Of a stretch of DNA of 64,000 nt, positions 9,039 through 18,591 are shown in pieces. The translations under genes and the position numbers were made by a program. Origin of the DNA: a virus; the IMG/VR virus record IMGVR_UViG_3300047509_000270, positions 6,899 through 70,898 of that record, one strand, 5' to 3'. How positions within the stretch are numbered: position 1 is the first letter of the stretch; each line of letters starts with the position of its first letter. The notes under the pieces were generated by a model. The model saw only the letters and a program-made list of their open reading frames with translations. It had not been told where the DNA came from and searched no databases.

Positions 9039-10307
9039 CTACTCCCACTTCAGGACGTTCTTCCTCACCTCCTCTTCAGTCGTTCCATGCGGGGTCGCGA
9101 TGTACACGGTGTTCTGGCCGTCGCGAGCCATGTAGGCCAGTCCGGCTAAGACCTTGCCGAACTCCCCGTAAAGGAATTCGACTTGAGGTTTCCGGAGTTC
9201 CTTCGACGACTCGACGTCGTAGGCGCCGAGTAGGAGCGATTTCCCTTCTTGCTTCGTCGTGTACGGATGGACGTGTCCGTTCTCGGAGCAGCCTTGCTTC
9301 CGGCACTTCTTATTGGGATCCGGCCAGCGAATCTCGCTCCAGCGGGTCATCAGAACCTTGATATCCTCTGACGTCGCTTCCGGTTCCGACGGGTCAGGTT
9401 TGCCTGCCTTGAAGATCTGATGGAGCGCACCCATCGTGTCGGACTTCTCCGGATCCGACGAGGTCCCGAGACTCTCGGCGGCCTCCTTGACGGTCTCTGG
9501 ATCGGCGCTCGCGACGGTCTTGATCGCCTCGGCGGTCTTCTCGACGGGTGTCTGGTCCGGCACGATCAGGATCGGCTCGGTCGGCTCGGTGACCGGCGCG
9601 TCCGGAGCGTCCAGCATTTCGCCGACGTTCGGCTCGAAGAGTTCCTTATACACCCGCTTCTTCGTGACGTCGTGGACGGAATACTTTGGCATCCAGTCAT
9701 AGCGGGTCTTCGTACATGCAACGAGGAACTTCGACTCCTTTGTTTTTTTATTTTCTTCCGTGAAGCACCTTAGCGCGATGTCGAATAGGTACTCCGTCTG
9801 CTTGTCGGCGTCGAGGAGGAACTCACCAGTCTTCTTTAGGATCTCTTCGCCAGCTTTGTTTGTCGTCTCGGAGTACTCGTCTTTCTCGCGGAACGACAGG
9901 ATGACGTTCATCGGAAGCTCGGTGAGCATTCCAAGGAATGCCGCGAAACGTCTCTTCTCTACGCCCCAATCTCCGCGGGTCATCGTCTCGTTACCGCGCT
10001 TGTTCTTGATGTAGTCGATGATGTCCTGGATCAGGTCCAGGTAGAAGACCGTCGCCGAGTCGATGACGAGCGTTTCGTAGACGCCAGGGTGCGTTCGGAT
10101 CCAGGTCAGAATCGGCTCGAGCTGGCGCCAGCGGTTCGCGACCTTCACCTGAAAGTCGTACTTTCCGATGTACGGTTGGCTCCCCTTCTCGGAGTCGACA
10201 AGGCAGACCTTAGGGAAACTGAGCGCGAGCCGAGTCTTTCCAGTGCCGCCCTTCCCGAAGACGGCGATTTTTAGATACTTTTTCTGTTTGACTGGATCTT
10301 CAAACAC
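9039..10307 (-). CDS. AAA_24/Sak4-like ATPase (recombination, strand annealing)
   Basis: Walker A GKGGTGKT, VDSEKG, Walker B TLVIDS, DWG motif. Confidence 0.8.
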   Translation of the reverse strand: MFEDPVKQKKYLKIAVFGKGGTGKTRLALSFPKVCLVDSEKGSQPYIGKYDFQVKVANRWRQLEPILTWIRTHPGVYETLVIDSATVFYLDLIQDIIDYIKNKRGNETMTRGDWGVEKRRFAAFLGMLTELPMNVILSFREKDEYSETTNKAGEEILKKTGEFLLDADKQTEYLFDIALRCFTEENKKTKESKFLVACTKTRYDWMPKYSVHDVTKKRVYKELFEPNVGEMLDAPDAPVTEPTEPILIVPDQTPVEKTAEAIKTVASADPETVKEAAESLGTSSDPEKSDTMGALHQIFKAGKPDPSEPEATSEDIKVLMTRWSEIRWPDPNKKCRKQGCSENGHVHPYTTKQEGKSLLLGAYDVESSKELRKPQVEFLYGEFGKVLAGLAYMARDGQNTVYIATPHGTTEEEVRKNVLKWE

Positions 10308-10909
10308 CTAGCTTCCTCCTTCTTCTTCTTATCCCTTTGAAGTCTGATTTTTCTTACAGCAGGTCCTAATATTTCATTCATTTCCTCCACTGTAAAATCG
10401 TCTGATCTTACGTAATTGCACCAACCGCAACACGGAACTACATTTCTAATGGAGTAGCCTACTCGGTGATTTAGTCTGTCGAGACCAGTAGATGTCGCTG
10501 TGAGCTGAAGCTTGCAATATTGACACGGAAGAAGGATTAGAGCGTAGTACTTACTTTTGGATATTCTCCACGCTAACCCTCTTTTTTTTGCTGCGAACTT
10601 TGAATATGAGAATCTTGCGTATGGCGTTCTAAGCCATCTTCTGTGCCATATTCTTTTGCAAAGCCTTCCCTTTTTTGAAGAAAAAAATCTTGTTCGTGCC
10701 GCTTTAAGTACAGCTCTCCCATTTTTTGTTCTTCTGTATATAAAAAGGTACTTTCTATCCCACGATCTCTTGCATGGCGTACACCAGCCATGAAGCTTAT
10801 CCTTATTCTTTTTACAGACAGAGAATTCTGTTAGTACTTTCTCTTTTTTACACTTAGAGCATCTCTTATGTGTTCTGTCTTTTATTGCTTTGAATCGTCC
10901 CAAAAACAC
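10271..10909 (-). CDS. HNH homing endonuclease
   Basis: CQYC...GLDRLN..GY...NVVPCC..CN; strongly AT-rich island. Confidence 0.85.
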   Translation of the reverse strand: MFLGRFKAIKDRTHKRCSKCKKEKVLTEFSVCKKNKDKLHGWCTPCKRSWDRKYLFIYRRTKNGRAVLKAARTRFFSSKKGRLCKRIWHRRWLRTPYARFSYSKFAAKKRGLAWRISKSKYYALILLPCQYCKLQLTATSTGLDRLNHRVGYSIRNVVPCCGWCNYVRSDDFTVEEMNEILGPAVRKIRLQRDKKKKEEARCLKIQSNRKSI

Positions 10910-10987
10910 TTAAATTTCCTTCTTAAGCTCTGCTTTGTTTATCAATTACTGTCGTGACATAATATGTCACAGCTTCGCATTAAATTT

Positions 10988-12736
10988 TTACCGCCGAATC
11001 TCCTTCGGCAGCTCACGCTTGAATGAAGCCTTCACCCAGTCAGGGATCATCGAGGCGTTCCGGAACAGCAGATTCTCGAATCCAGCGTCGAGAACGTACG
11101 TGAAGGACCAGTCCGTCTTACTGCGGGTAGTGCGGCCAAAGCTCTGCAACAGGTCAAGAATTGTCTTGTAGCTATACCACCTCGGGTCGCGCTCCATACG
11201 CTCCTTGACGATCTTGTCGCCGATCGAGGCGTACGGCATCTTCAGAACGACATTGAACCGACCGAGCTCATCGCGGAGGTCGACGCCCTCCTTCATCCCA
11301 GGGGAGACCAGGACGCTGTCCTCGCGCTCGGCGTGCGCCTGGAGCATCTCGTCCTTGTCGCCGTCGAACTGGTCGGCGAACAGGAAGCGAGGCGATGCGA
11401 CCTCCTGCCGGAGATAGTTTGCGAGGTCGTGACTCTGCGTGTGGATCAGCCCGCGCTGACCGGCGTGGGCGGCGAGGATGGCGCGGACCATGCGAACAAG
11501 CTTCGGCTTCGTCTCGTCCAGCGTCTTCCGCGAGCAGTTTCCGGCGTACTTCAGGAAGATCGGCCGGTTCTCGACAGGGAAGTCGGAGTCCATCGAGACG
11601 AAGGCGACCGCCTTCGGATCGAGACCGAGTCCTTCCGACCAGATCCGGATGTCCAGGATCGTCCCGGACATCGCCAGCACGCGATCGGCGTGCCGGAACA
11701 GGAGATCCTCGGCGAAGTCCTTCGCGTAGAGCGGCCGAGCGACGATCTTCCGAGACGGATCACCGCGACGATCCTTGTAGGTGACAGTCTCGAGAACCCA
11801 CTCGGTCTTGTCGAGGTACGTCATGAAGTTCGCCAGCTTCCCCTGGAGCTCCTTGAGCGCGTCTGCCTCGGCCTGGGAGAGGTCCTCGGGGACCTCCTCG
11901 GAGCCTTCCTCGGCGTCCTTCAGCGCATTGTCGATCTTCCGGAGCAGGTCGGTCTCGCGGAGCCAGTCGGCGAACTGAGCCTTCGAGGTGATCTCACGGT
12001 TTAGCCGGACACCGACGATCGAGAGAGACCATTCGCTCAGTTCGAGCGAAACGAAATTCATTAGATTCGACTCGGTCGTGTGGCACTCGTCGATCAGGAG
12101 GAGGTTTCGCTTCCCGAAGCGTCCGATCCGCTGTTGGAACAGGAACGACGAGAAGTTGAAGAGCGTGATCGGATGATCGGCGCAGCGCTGGAGCTGCGAC
12201 CAGTAGGGGCACTTGTGACAGCTCGCGGGGAGTTCGAGCGAGACGGCGCGCTGCAGGATGCTCCGGTCGCTGGCGTCCGGCGGTGCGCCGGACTCGTCGA
12301 CGCACGAGGACAGGATGCCTTTATTCTTCCGACGGCAGATGCCGTGTGCGGCGTCGAGGTTCTGGCCTTCAGCGTCCGGATGGTTGCAGGCGTAGTTCGC
12401 GCGCCCCATCAGGACCTCCATCTGGGGGCTCGGGAAGTCGCGCTCGTATTGGCGCTGGAGGATCTTGGCTGCAGTTGCGAAGTGCGTCCCGCCGATCTTC
12501 CTGGCGGCGTTTGCGAAGGTCATGCAGACGAAGCTCTTGCCGGAGCCGACCGGCATCTCGAGACCGACGACGCGTTTGCCATCGCGGAAGGCGGCGTTGA
12601 TCTTCTTGATCGCCTCGACCTGCTGAGGTCGGGGAGTTTTCCCGGCCGGAAAGTACGTCAGGATCTCTTCGTCGGTGAACGTCCAAGGCGAAAGTGAATT
12701 CGTCGGCTTCGACGGGACTGCGGCGTGCGTGACCAC
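10988..12736 (-). CDS. DinG/XPD-family SF2 helicase
   Basis: Q motif PRPQQ, MPVGSGKS, GRANYAC with Fe-S cysteines, DECH, MSGT, EGVD, QSFGRTTR; start reassigned to GTG 12736 after GGAGG. Confidence 0.9.
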   Translation of the reverse strand: MVTHAAVPSKPTNSLSPWTFTDEEILTYFPAGKTPRPQQVEAIKKINAAFRDGKRVVGLEMPVGSGKSFVCMTFANAARKIGGTHFATAAKILQRQYERDFPSPQMEVLMGRANYACNHPDAEGQNLDAAHGICRRKNKGILSSCVDESGAPPDASDRSILQRAVSLELPASCHKCPYWSQLQRCADHPITLFNFSSFLFQQRIGRFGKRNLLLIDECHTTESNLMNFVSLELSEWSLSIVGVRLNREITSKAQFADWLRETDLLRKIDNALKDAEEGSEEVPEDLSQAEADALKELQGKLANFMTYLDKTEWVLETVTYKDRRGDPSRKIVARPLYAKDFAEDLLFRHADRVLAMSGTILDIRIWSEGLGLDPKAVAFVSMDSDFPVENRPIFLKYAGNCSRKTLDETKPKLVRMVRAILAAHAGQRGLIHTQSHDLANYLRQEVASPRFLFADQFDGDKDEMLQAHAEREDSVLVSPGMKEGVDLRDELGRFNVVLKMPYASIGDKIVKERMERDPRWYSYKTILDLLQSFGRTTRSKTDWSFTYVLDAGFENLLFRNASMIPDWVKASFKRELPKEIRR

Positions 12737-12942
12737 AGGGCGCCTCCTTCTTCTCTCTCCGTCCGACGAGGTCCTCCCCCTCGTCGGACGAAGCCCCACT
12801 AGAGCCTTTGGGCCTCCGCGGCCCGTCCATCCGCGCACATACCGGCGCGTGATGTGTGGGCACCAGAGCCGGATGCGGATAGACCTCTACCCCGGCCGCG
12901 AAGGTTCAGAGACTCTATGCTGTATCTGGTGCCCACGAAGGG

Positions 12943-12970
12943 AGTATAGCACTGGGAGGGGCCCTGTCAA
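12943..12970 (-). promoter_or_regulatory. Sigma70-like promoter for the replication operon
   Basis: TTGACA-N16-TATACT on the - strand in the divergent intergenic region. Confidence 0.6.
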
Positions 12971-13046
12971 TGGAAAAAAGCACGAATATTCCGATTCGAA
13001 ATACCTTGCCTTCCGCGGCCGGTGCTCATAATAATAGGCACTAGAA

Positions 13047-13301
13047 ATGGCACGACCACTCAAGCCGACCCTCCCGGTCAGTCTGAAGTGTCCCCTCAGC
13101 GGCGTGCAGATCGGCACGAAGGCCTTCGACGAGCACCTCGCGAATGCCTATCCGGCCAAGGGCGGCCAGTCGGTCTACGTCCTCTGCTACCCACACGGCT
13201 TCCAGGGATTCATCAATAACCCTACTATCGTGGAGCTCGTCAATGCCGAAGAAGAAAAAGCAAGAGTCCGCGCTGCCCGAGTCGCCCCTCGACCTTCCTG
13301 A
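13047..13301 (+). CDS. Hypothetical protein
   Basis: First ORF of the + strand module; high-GC codon pattern. Confidence 0.55.
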   Translation: MARPLKPTLPVSLKCPLSGVQIGTKAFDEHLANAYPAKGGQSVYVLCYPHGFQGFINNPTIVELVNAEEEKARVRAARVAPRPS

Positions 13302-15336
13302 GGATCGTGGCGCCGAGACGACGACGCTCGTCGAGTCCGGAAACGGCGAGCGCGAGTCGGAGAGCCAGACCGAGCTCGTCGAGCGCGCCGATCTCGCCGA
13401 ACAGACCGAAGAGCCCGCGAAGATGAAAGTCCAGATCGAGGGGACCGCGTCCGCGGTCCGCGCGGCTGCGCGGAAAGTCGCCAACTCGCCCGCCCAGCGG
13501 CCCGCCCCGCCGCCCTCCGAGCCCGAGGAGCCGCCCGACAACACGGATGAGCTGCTCGCGGACCCGCGGAACATGGTCGTCGTCCGTCGTCAGCTCCCGA
13601 AGTCCGTCGAGCTGGGTGACGGCCGCCGGATCCGGACCGGCACGAAGATGCCTGAGCCGTATTCCTGCCCGACGACGCGCGAGGAGATCGAGAACGACGT
13701 TTTCGACAACTACGGCGGCTACAAGTACAAGTGCTCGATTCATCCGGCGACGACGAATGGCGAGAATACGCTGCTCGGCGCCTTCACGATCGAGCATCCG
13801 GACGGCCCCGACACGATGCCGATCGTCGAGGGCCTCGATCTGAACGAGCAGCAGACCCAGGTGGACCCTCGCACGGCGCTCCACACGTCGAGCGGCGATT
13901 CGACGATGCGAGACACGGACCCGTACGCGAAGATGCGCCAGGAGGCCGAGCTGCGTCTCGACCGTGCGAAGGCGAAGAAGGACGCCCTGCTGCTCGAGGC
14001 CGAGGCGAAAAAGATGGAGGCTGAGATCGAACGGATCGGGAAGGCCGACGCCGCCCCGGTCGTGCCTCCCGGCGAGTCCGACGAAGTGAGGAAGCTCCGC
14101 GAGCAGGTCGCCGAGAAGGACCGTCAGCTTGCCGAGAAGAAGATCGATGATCGCTTCGCGATGATCCAGAATTCCATCCTCGAGCTGACCAAGACGGTCA
14201 CGACGCTCGCGACCACGAAGCCCGCGGTGGTCGGCGAGGATCCGACGCTGAAGTTCATCATGAAGAAGATGGACAACGACGCGACGCAGATCAACACGCT
14301 GATGACCGCGCTGACCGCGAAGGCCCCGGCCCCGGTCCATACGACCGGCGACGACCTCGACAAGTTCCTGAGCCGCGCCGAGAAACTGAAGGCGATCACG
14401 GGCGGCGGCGAGAAGAGCGGCGGCCGTCTGTCGGAGGTCGAGAACCGTCTGATCGACATCGCCTGGGAGAAGCTGAACGGCGGCGATGAGGGCGGTGGCG
14501 GCGACGAGAACGAGGACATCGGCAAGCTGGCCGTCAAGGAGTTCGCGCCGATCCTGAAGAGCTTCGTCGACAAGAAGATGGCCCAGGAAGCATCGACGAC
14601 CGGTGCCGCACCGTCGCCCGAGCGCGAGAACCAGATCCGCGAGGAGGCCGCGAAGTTCGCCGTCCAGAAGATCGCCGAGAGTCTGCACGCGCAGGGCATC
14701 CAGCTGACGACCGGGCCCGACGGGAAGCTGCTCGCGATCACCGGCAAGCCGACCGGCAAGGTCACCGTCCCGCCGCGCCACGCCGGGACGAAGGTCATGT
14801 CCTCGCAGCAGACGCAGGGCGGCCTCGTCAAGAAGATCGCAATCACGCCGACCGACCTGATGAACAAGACGGAGCCGGAGCCGAAGCCCGAGGCGGAGGC
14901 ACCGACCGAAGGAGGCGAGGTGACGCACGGAGTGTTCCCGATGCTCGGCGATGGCGGGACGACGCTGAAGATCAAGTTCCCGATCCATCCCGGCGAGATG
15001 AAGTACGACCGGAAGACCTCCGTCGACTTCGTCCTGGCCGGTATCCGCTCGGAGATCCGTCAGCAGTTCCCCCAGAAGGCCGACGCGGGCAAGCAGGTCG
15101 AGAGCTACGTCCCCTCCGACGCGATCGAGTTCCTCGACGAGGACCTGCTGAACAAGCTCGAGGCGATCGACAGCGGTCCGCAGCTCGAGACGCTGCTCGC
15201 CGAGTCCGGCGGCGACCGCGCCCAGATCGACGAGATCAAGAAGTCCGGCGAGGACGAGGTCGTCGCGAGCTTCCTCCGGCGCATCATCAAGACGATCCAG
15301 ACCGAATGGGCGGTCCAGAAGAGACAGGGCAAGTAG
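13243..15336 (+). CDS. Large coiled-coil protein of unknown function
   Basis: ATG 13243 (MPKKKK) after GGAG; E/K/A-rich helical segments. Confidence 0.75.
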   Translation: MPKKKKQESALPESPLDLPEDRGAETTTLVESGNGERESESQTELVERADLAEQTEEPAKMKVQIEGTASAVRAAARKVANSPAQRPAPPPSEPEEPPDNTDELLADPRNMVVVRRQLPKSVELGDGRRIRTGTKMPEPYSCPTTREEIENDVFDNYGGYKYKCSIHPATTNGENTLLGAFTIEHPDGPDTMPIVEGLDLNEQQTQVDPRTALHTSSGDSTMRDTDPYAKMRQEAELRLDRAKAKKDALLLEAEAKKMEAEIERIGKADAAPVVPPGESDEVRKLREQVAEKDRQLAEKKIDDRFAMIQNSILELTKTVTTLATTKPAVVGEDPTLKFIMKKMDNDATQINTLMTALTAKAPAPVHTTGDDLDKFLSRAEKLKAITGGGEKSGGRLSEVENRLIDIAWEKLNGGDEGGGGDENEDIGKLAVKEFAPILKSFVDKKMAQEASTTGAAPSPERENQIREEAAKFAVQKIAESLHAQGIQLTTGPDGKLLAITGKPTGKVTVPPRHAGTKVMSSQQTQGGLVKKIAITPTDLMNKTEPEPKPEAEAPTEGGEVTHGVFPMLGDGGTTLKIKFPIHPGEMKYDRKTSVDFVLAGIRSEIRQQFPQKADAGKQVESYVPSDAIEFLDEDLLNKLEAIDSGPQLETLLAESGGDRAQIDEIKKSGEDEVVASFLRRIIKTIQTEWAVQKRQGK

Positions 15337-15361
15337 CCGAACCGAATACAGGAGAGAGACG

Positions 15362-15667
15362 ATGCCGCATCTCGAAGACAAACCGGTCCAGGATCTCATC
15401 ATCGACCAGATTCAGGAGATCTTCCGTCAGTCCTTCATCATGGGCGAGCGTGCCGTCCTGGAGGCCGCGAAGCGGAACGGACTGAGCGAGTCCGAGACGA
15501 AGGAACTCCTGATCGCGAACGGTCTCCCGATCGGCATGGAGTTCATGAAGCAGATCACGAACACCGCGCAGATCGTCGAGCGTGCCAACCCGAAGGACGT
15601 CGACAAGATGATCGAGTCGATGGACCTCGTCCTCGACTACGTTCGCAAGAAGAACAAGCTCGACTGA
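15362..15667 (+). CDS. Hypothetical protein
   Basis: RBS AGGAG; helical composition. Confidence 0.7.
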   Translation: MPHLEDKPVQDLIIDQIQEIFRQSFIMGERAVLEAAKRNGLSESETKELLIANGLPIGMEFMKQITNTAQIVERANPKDVDKMIESMDLVLDYVRKKNKLD

Positions 15668-15711
15668 CGGGCACTCCTGAAAACTGACCGTGTACACGGA
15701 GACCCGTCGAC

Positions 15712-16053
15712 GTGGAAAGTGAACAGGACGCGCTGCTCCGCAAGCAGCGCGAGCAGGTCATCCAGGCCTTCAGGGATCTTGCAACGGCGACGGCGAACCT
15801 CGTCGCGGCCACCTCGAACTCCGCCGCCGTCTCGAAGAAACAGATCGAGATCACGAACTCGCTGATCGACACGGCGGCCGGTCTCGCCGAGACGATCATG
15901 ATACCGAAGGATGGACTCCGCGACGTCGTCGACGAGCTGATCGACGAGGTCCGCGGACTCCGCGAAGATCTCCGCGTCATCGTCCAGGCGAGCGGTCTGA
16001 AGTCGGCGCTGACCGGGCTGTTCGAGCAGCTCCCCCGAGGAAAGAAGTTGTGA
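15712..16053 (+). CDS. Coiled-coil hypothetical protein
   Basis: Heptad pattern LIDEVRGLREDLR. Confidence 0.65.
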   Translation: MESEQDALLRKQREQVIQAFRDLATATANLVAATSNSAAVSKKQIEITNSLIDTAAGLAETIMIPKDGLRDVVDELIDEVRGLREDLRVIVQASGLKSALTGLFEQLPRGKKL

Positions 16054-16054
16054 C

Positions 16055-16201
16055 GTGCGGTTCCTCCGATGGCTCCGTCAGGTCTGGTGCGGGATCCGTC
16101 GTGGACACGAGCCGCACGTCGAGAACGTCGCCGCGCTCTGGGGGAGGACGCGCTGGTGTAAGGTCTGTCGCCACTGCGGAACGGTTCTCGAAATTCTCTG
16201 A
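16055..16201 (+). CDS. Small Cys/His protein (48 aa)
   Basis: Below the track cutoff; MRFLRWLRQVWCGIRRGH...CKVCRHCG. Confidence 0.5.
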   Translation: MRFLRWLRQVWCGIRRGHEPHVENVAALWGRTRWCKVCRHCGTVLEIL

Positions 16202-16213
16202 TTCCTATTTCCC

Positions 16214-16242
16214 TTGACAACTGAACCTTCTCGTCGCAGAAT
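16214..16242 (+). promoter_or_regulatory. Sigma70-like promoter upstream of the structural operon
   Basis: TTGACA-N17-CAGAAT. Confidence 0.65.
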
Positions 16243-16280
16243 GTGACATAGAGATTTGGCGGATCGCCCGTACTGGGCGG

Positions 16281-16312
16281 AAAAGCCGCGGCGGAAACGC
16301 CGTGGCTTTTTT
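16281..16312 (+). terminator. Leader intrinsic terminator or attenuator
   Basis: AAAAGCCGCGGCG-GAAA-CGCCGTGGCTTTTTT hairpin with T tract, between the promoter and the Com-like gene. Confidence 0.7.
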
Positions 16313-16329
16313 CGTATGGGATACGAAAG

Positions 16330-16512
16330 ATGCCTGAGAGCAGCACGGTCGGCGGGGACCTTCGGTGTCCGGCCTGCGCGAACTGGATCCTGAGAGGATC
16401 GTTCGAGGGTGGGCTGAACCTGAAGTGCGGCAACAAGAGATGTGCCGCGCAGCTCCTGGTGGAGATGCGGTCCGGTAAGCCGACGATCACCGTGCTCTCG
16501 ACGAGAAAGTAG
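16330..16512 (+). CDS. Com-like zinc-ribbon regulator
   Basis: DLRCPAC..WIL......LKCGNKRC pattern resembles Mu Com-type zinc ribbons. Confidence 0.6.
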   Translation: MPESSTVGGDLRCPACANWILRGSFEGGLNLKCGNKRCAAQLLVEMRSGKPTITVLSTRK

Positions 16513-16695
16513 GCGGATCGCCCGTCCTGGGCGGACAGCCTGGAGAGATCCAGGGAGCGCAATGCGCTGTTCGCCCGAACTCGCCGCTCACGACAAAGCT
16601 CTCCTTTCCAACTTCGTTCCTTCTTCTCCGTGGGAGCTCAGTTCCAAAAAGCTGAGCTCCCACGACCCCTATACCGACCTCGCCGGAGGCTCCCG

Positions 16696-18303
16696 ATGAG
16701 CTCGACCGTCGAGGGTCTCGACCGCGGCGTCTCCGGCACGTCGGCGACGCTCGAGAAGATGCACAAGCTGGTCGCGCTCGGCAAGCTCGACCCGACCATC
16801 CAAAAGATCGCGACCTGGATCCGTCTTTCCGTTCCACAAGATCGTCGCGGCAAGACGACCGACACGGCCGACGCGATCTTCCAGTGGACCAAGGACCACG
16901 GGATCTTCCAGTCGGACCCGTTCCAGATCGAGAAGATCGAGCATCCGATCGAGGCGATGCGCGCCGTCATCGAGAGCCGTCAGAACGGCAGCTACTCCGG
17001 CCCCGGGCTCTTCGTCGGCGACTGCGACACCTTCGCGGTCTTCGTCGCGTCGCTCGGCGGCGTGCTCGGCTTCCAGTACGCCTTCGAGACCGCGAAGGTC
17101 GACGCGAGCCGTCCGGACGAGTTCTCGCACGTCTGGACGTCGCTGCTCGTCAACGGCGACTGGTACCCGCTCGACTCGTCGACACCGGGCGCCTATCCAG
17201 GCTGGCGTCCGCCGGTCGCGCCGGAGCTCCTGGCGCGTTGGCCGGAGCATCCGATCGAGGACGTCGTCGGGAGGTCCGAAATGAGCTCCATGAATCGAGG
17301 TCTCGGCGACGCCGACAACAATGCCTCGCCGCTCGCCGACGTCGACGCCGCCTACCCGAAGGACTACGTCGCCTACGGGATCCCGCGGGACTTCGGCGCC
17401 GGGCCCGGCGTCATTCCAGTCGCGAACTTCGACAACATCCAGCTGCTCCCACCGCACGAGACCCAGATCCCAGATGCCGACCTCCAGCCGGACATGCACT
17501 TCCTGAAGGCGGCGCCCCTGGTCAATCCGTCCGAGCGGATCCAGTCGATCGCCGGACAGCCCGACGACCACGGGAACCCCTACTACAACACCAAGGGCGG
17601 CGTGCCGCCCTACTACAAGGTCCAGCGTCAGTTCTACCCGCCCGGCTCGCGTTGGAACGGTCCGATGGGCGAGGACACCGTCCGGTACGTCAAGACCGGC
17701 GCGTACGTGAAGGTCAAGTCCGGTGAATCACCCGAGAGACAAGTGAGGACGAACATGGGACAGCCGATGACTCTCAAGCGCCGCAACGTCATGGTCACGC
17801 CGCGCCGGGTACCGTACGGCGCGATGGAGGGGTACGGCATGGGCGACGACGTTCCCGGGATCGTCACCTCGCTCGACACGCCGTCGGACTCGACCTCGCC
17901 GGAGGTCGCCGCGACGACCGCGCAGACCTCCGCACCGACCTCCGACTGGCAGAGCACGCTGGTCACGAACAACCAAGTCGCCGCGCCGACGCCGACGTCC
18001 GCGGCGAAGTCCTCGCCGACCGCCTCCGCTGCCGCCGCGGGCGGAACCTCGGTCTGGGACTCGATCTCGGCCGCCTTCAAGGCGGTCGGGACGGTCGCGC
18101 CCGTCGCGCTGCAGTCCTCGCTCGCGCAGTCCGTCATCAACGCGACGAACAAGCTGGCCGGGAAGCAGGTCCTGGCGCCCGGCACGACGGTCCCCTGGTA
18201 CCTGAACCCCGTCACGCTCGGCGCGCTCGCCCTGATCGGCGGCGGCGCATGGTACATCACGTCGAAGTCCCGTCCCGGCAGCCGTCGGAGCCGCCGTCGA
18301 TAG
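16696..18303 (+). CDS. Transglutaminase-like Cys-His-Asp protein with a C-terminal membrane anchor (candidate virion protease)
   Basis: GDCDT, FSHVW, WYPLDS triad; S/T/A/P-rich linker; C-terminal TM plus Arg tail; ATG 16696 after GGAGG. Confidence 0.8.
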   Translation: MSSTVEGLDRGVSGTSATLEKMHKLVALGKLDPTIQKIATWIRLSVPQDRRGKTTDTADAIFQWTKDHGIFQSDPFQIEKIEHPIEAMRAVIESRQNGSYSGPGLFVGDCDTFAVFVASLGGVLGFQYAFETAKVDASRPDEFSHVWTSLLVNGDWYPLDSSTPGAYPGWRPPVAPELLARWPEHPIEDVVGRSEMSSMNRGLGDADNNASPLADVDAAYPKDYVAYGIPRDFGAGPGVIPVANFDNIQLLPPHETQIPDADLQPDMHFLKAAPLVNPSERIQSIAGQPDDHGNPYYNTKGGVPPYYKVQRQFYPPGSRWNGPMGEDTVRYVKTGAYVKVKSGESPERQVRTNMGQPMTLKRRNVMVTPRRVPYGAMEGYGMGDDVPGIVTSLDTPSDSTSPEVAATTAQTSAPTSDWQSTLVTNNQVAAPTPTSAAKSSPTASAAAAGGTSVWDSISAAFKAVGTVAPVALQSSLAQSVINATNKLAGKQVLAPGTTVPWYLNPVTLGALALIGGGAWYITSKSRPGSRRSRRR

Positions 18304-18309
18304 GAACGA

Positions 18310-18591
18310 ATGAACCGTATCGTTTACGTCCGGAGACCCGGCCTGAGCGGCGTCGGCGACGTCACCTCGTCGATCACCGACGCGGCCGTCGCGTCGATGA
18401 CGCCCGCGATCCGCGACATCATGATCAACGACGTCGTCCCGATGCTCGGCGTCTTCATGATCGCAGGCGCCGTCTCGGCGGCGTTCATCGGGACGTGGTT
18501 CGGCCACCGGGCCCAGCGCAACTACTCCGGTGTCCGGAGGAATCCGGTCGCCCGCACGCACGTCTCGCTTCGTCGCCGGAGGACCGCGTGA
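18310..18591 (+). CDS. Small membrane virion protein
   Basis: One TM helix; GLSGVGD and RRNP motifs. Confidence 0.7.
   Translation: MNRIVYVRRPGLSGVGDVTSSITDAAVASMTPAIRDIMINDVVPMLGVFMIAGAVSAAFIGTWFGHRAQRNYSGVRRNPVARTHVSLRRRRTA

Noticed and set aside
13240-15402. 720-aa - strand ORF, and similar long antisense ORFs (18522-21173, 22886-24019, 33806-35260)
   Set aside because: Shadow frames of high-GC genes; the opposite strand has RBSs, operon coupling and recognisable motifs
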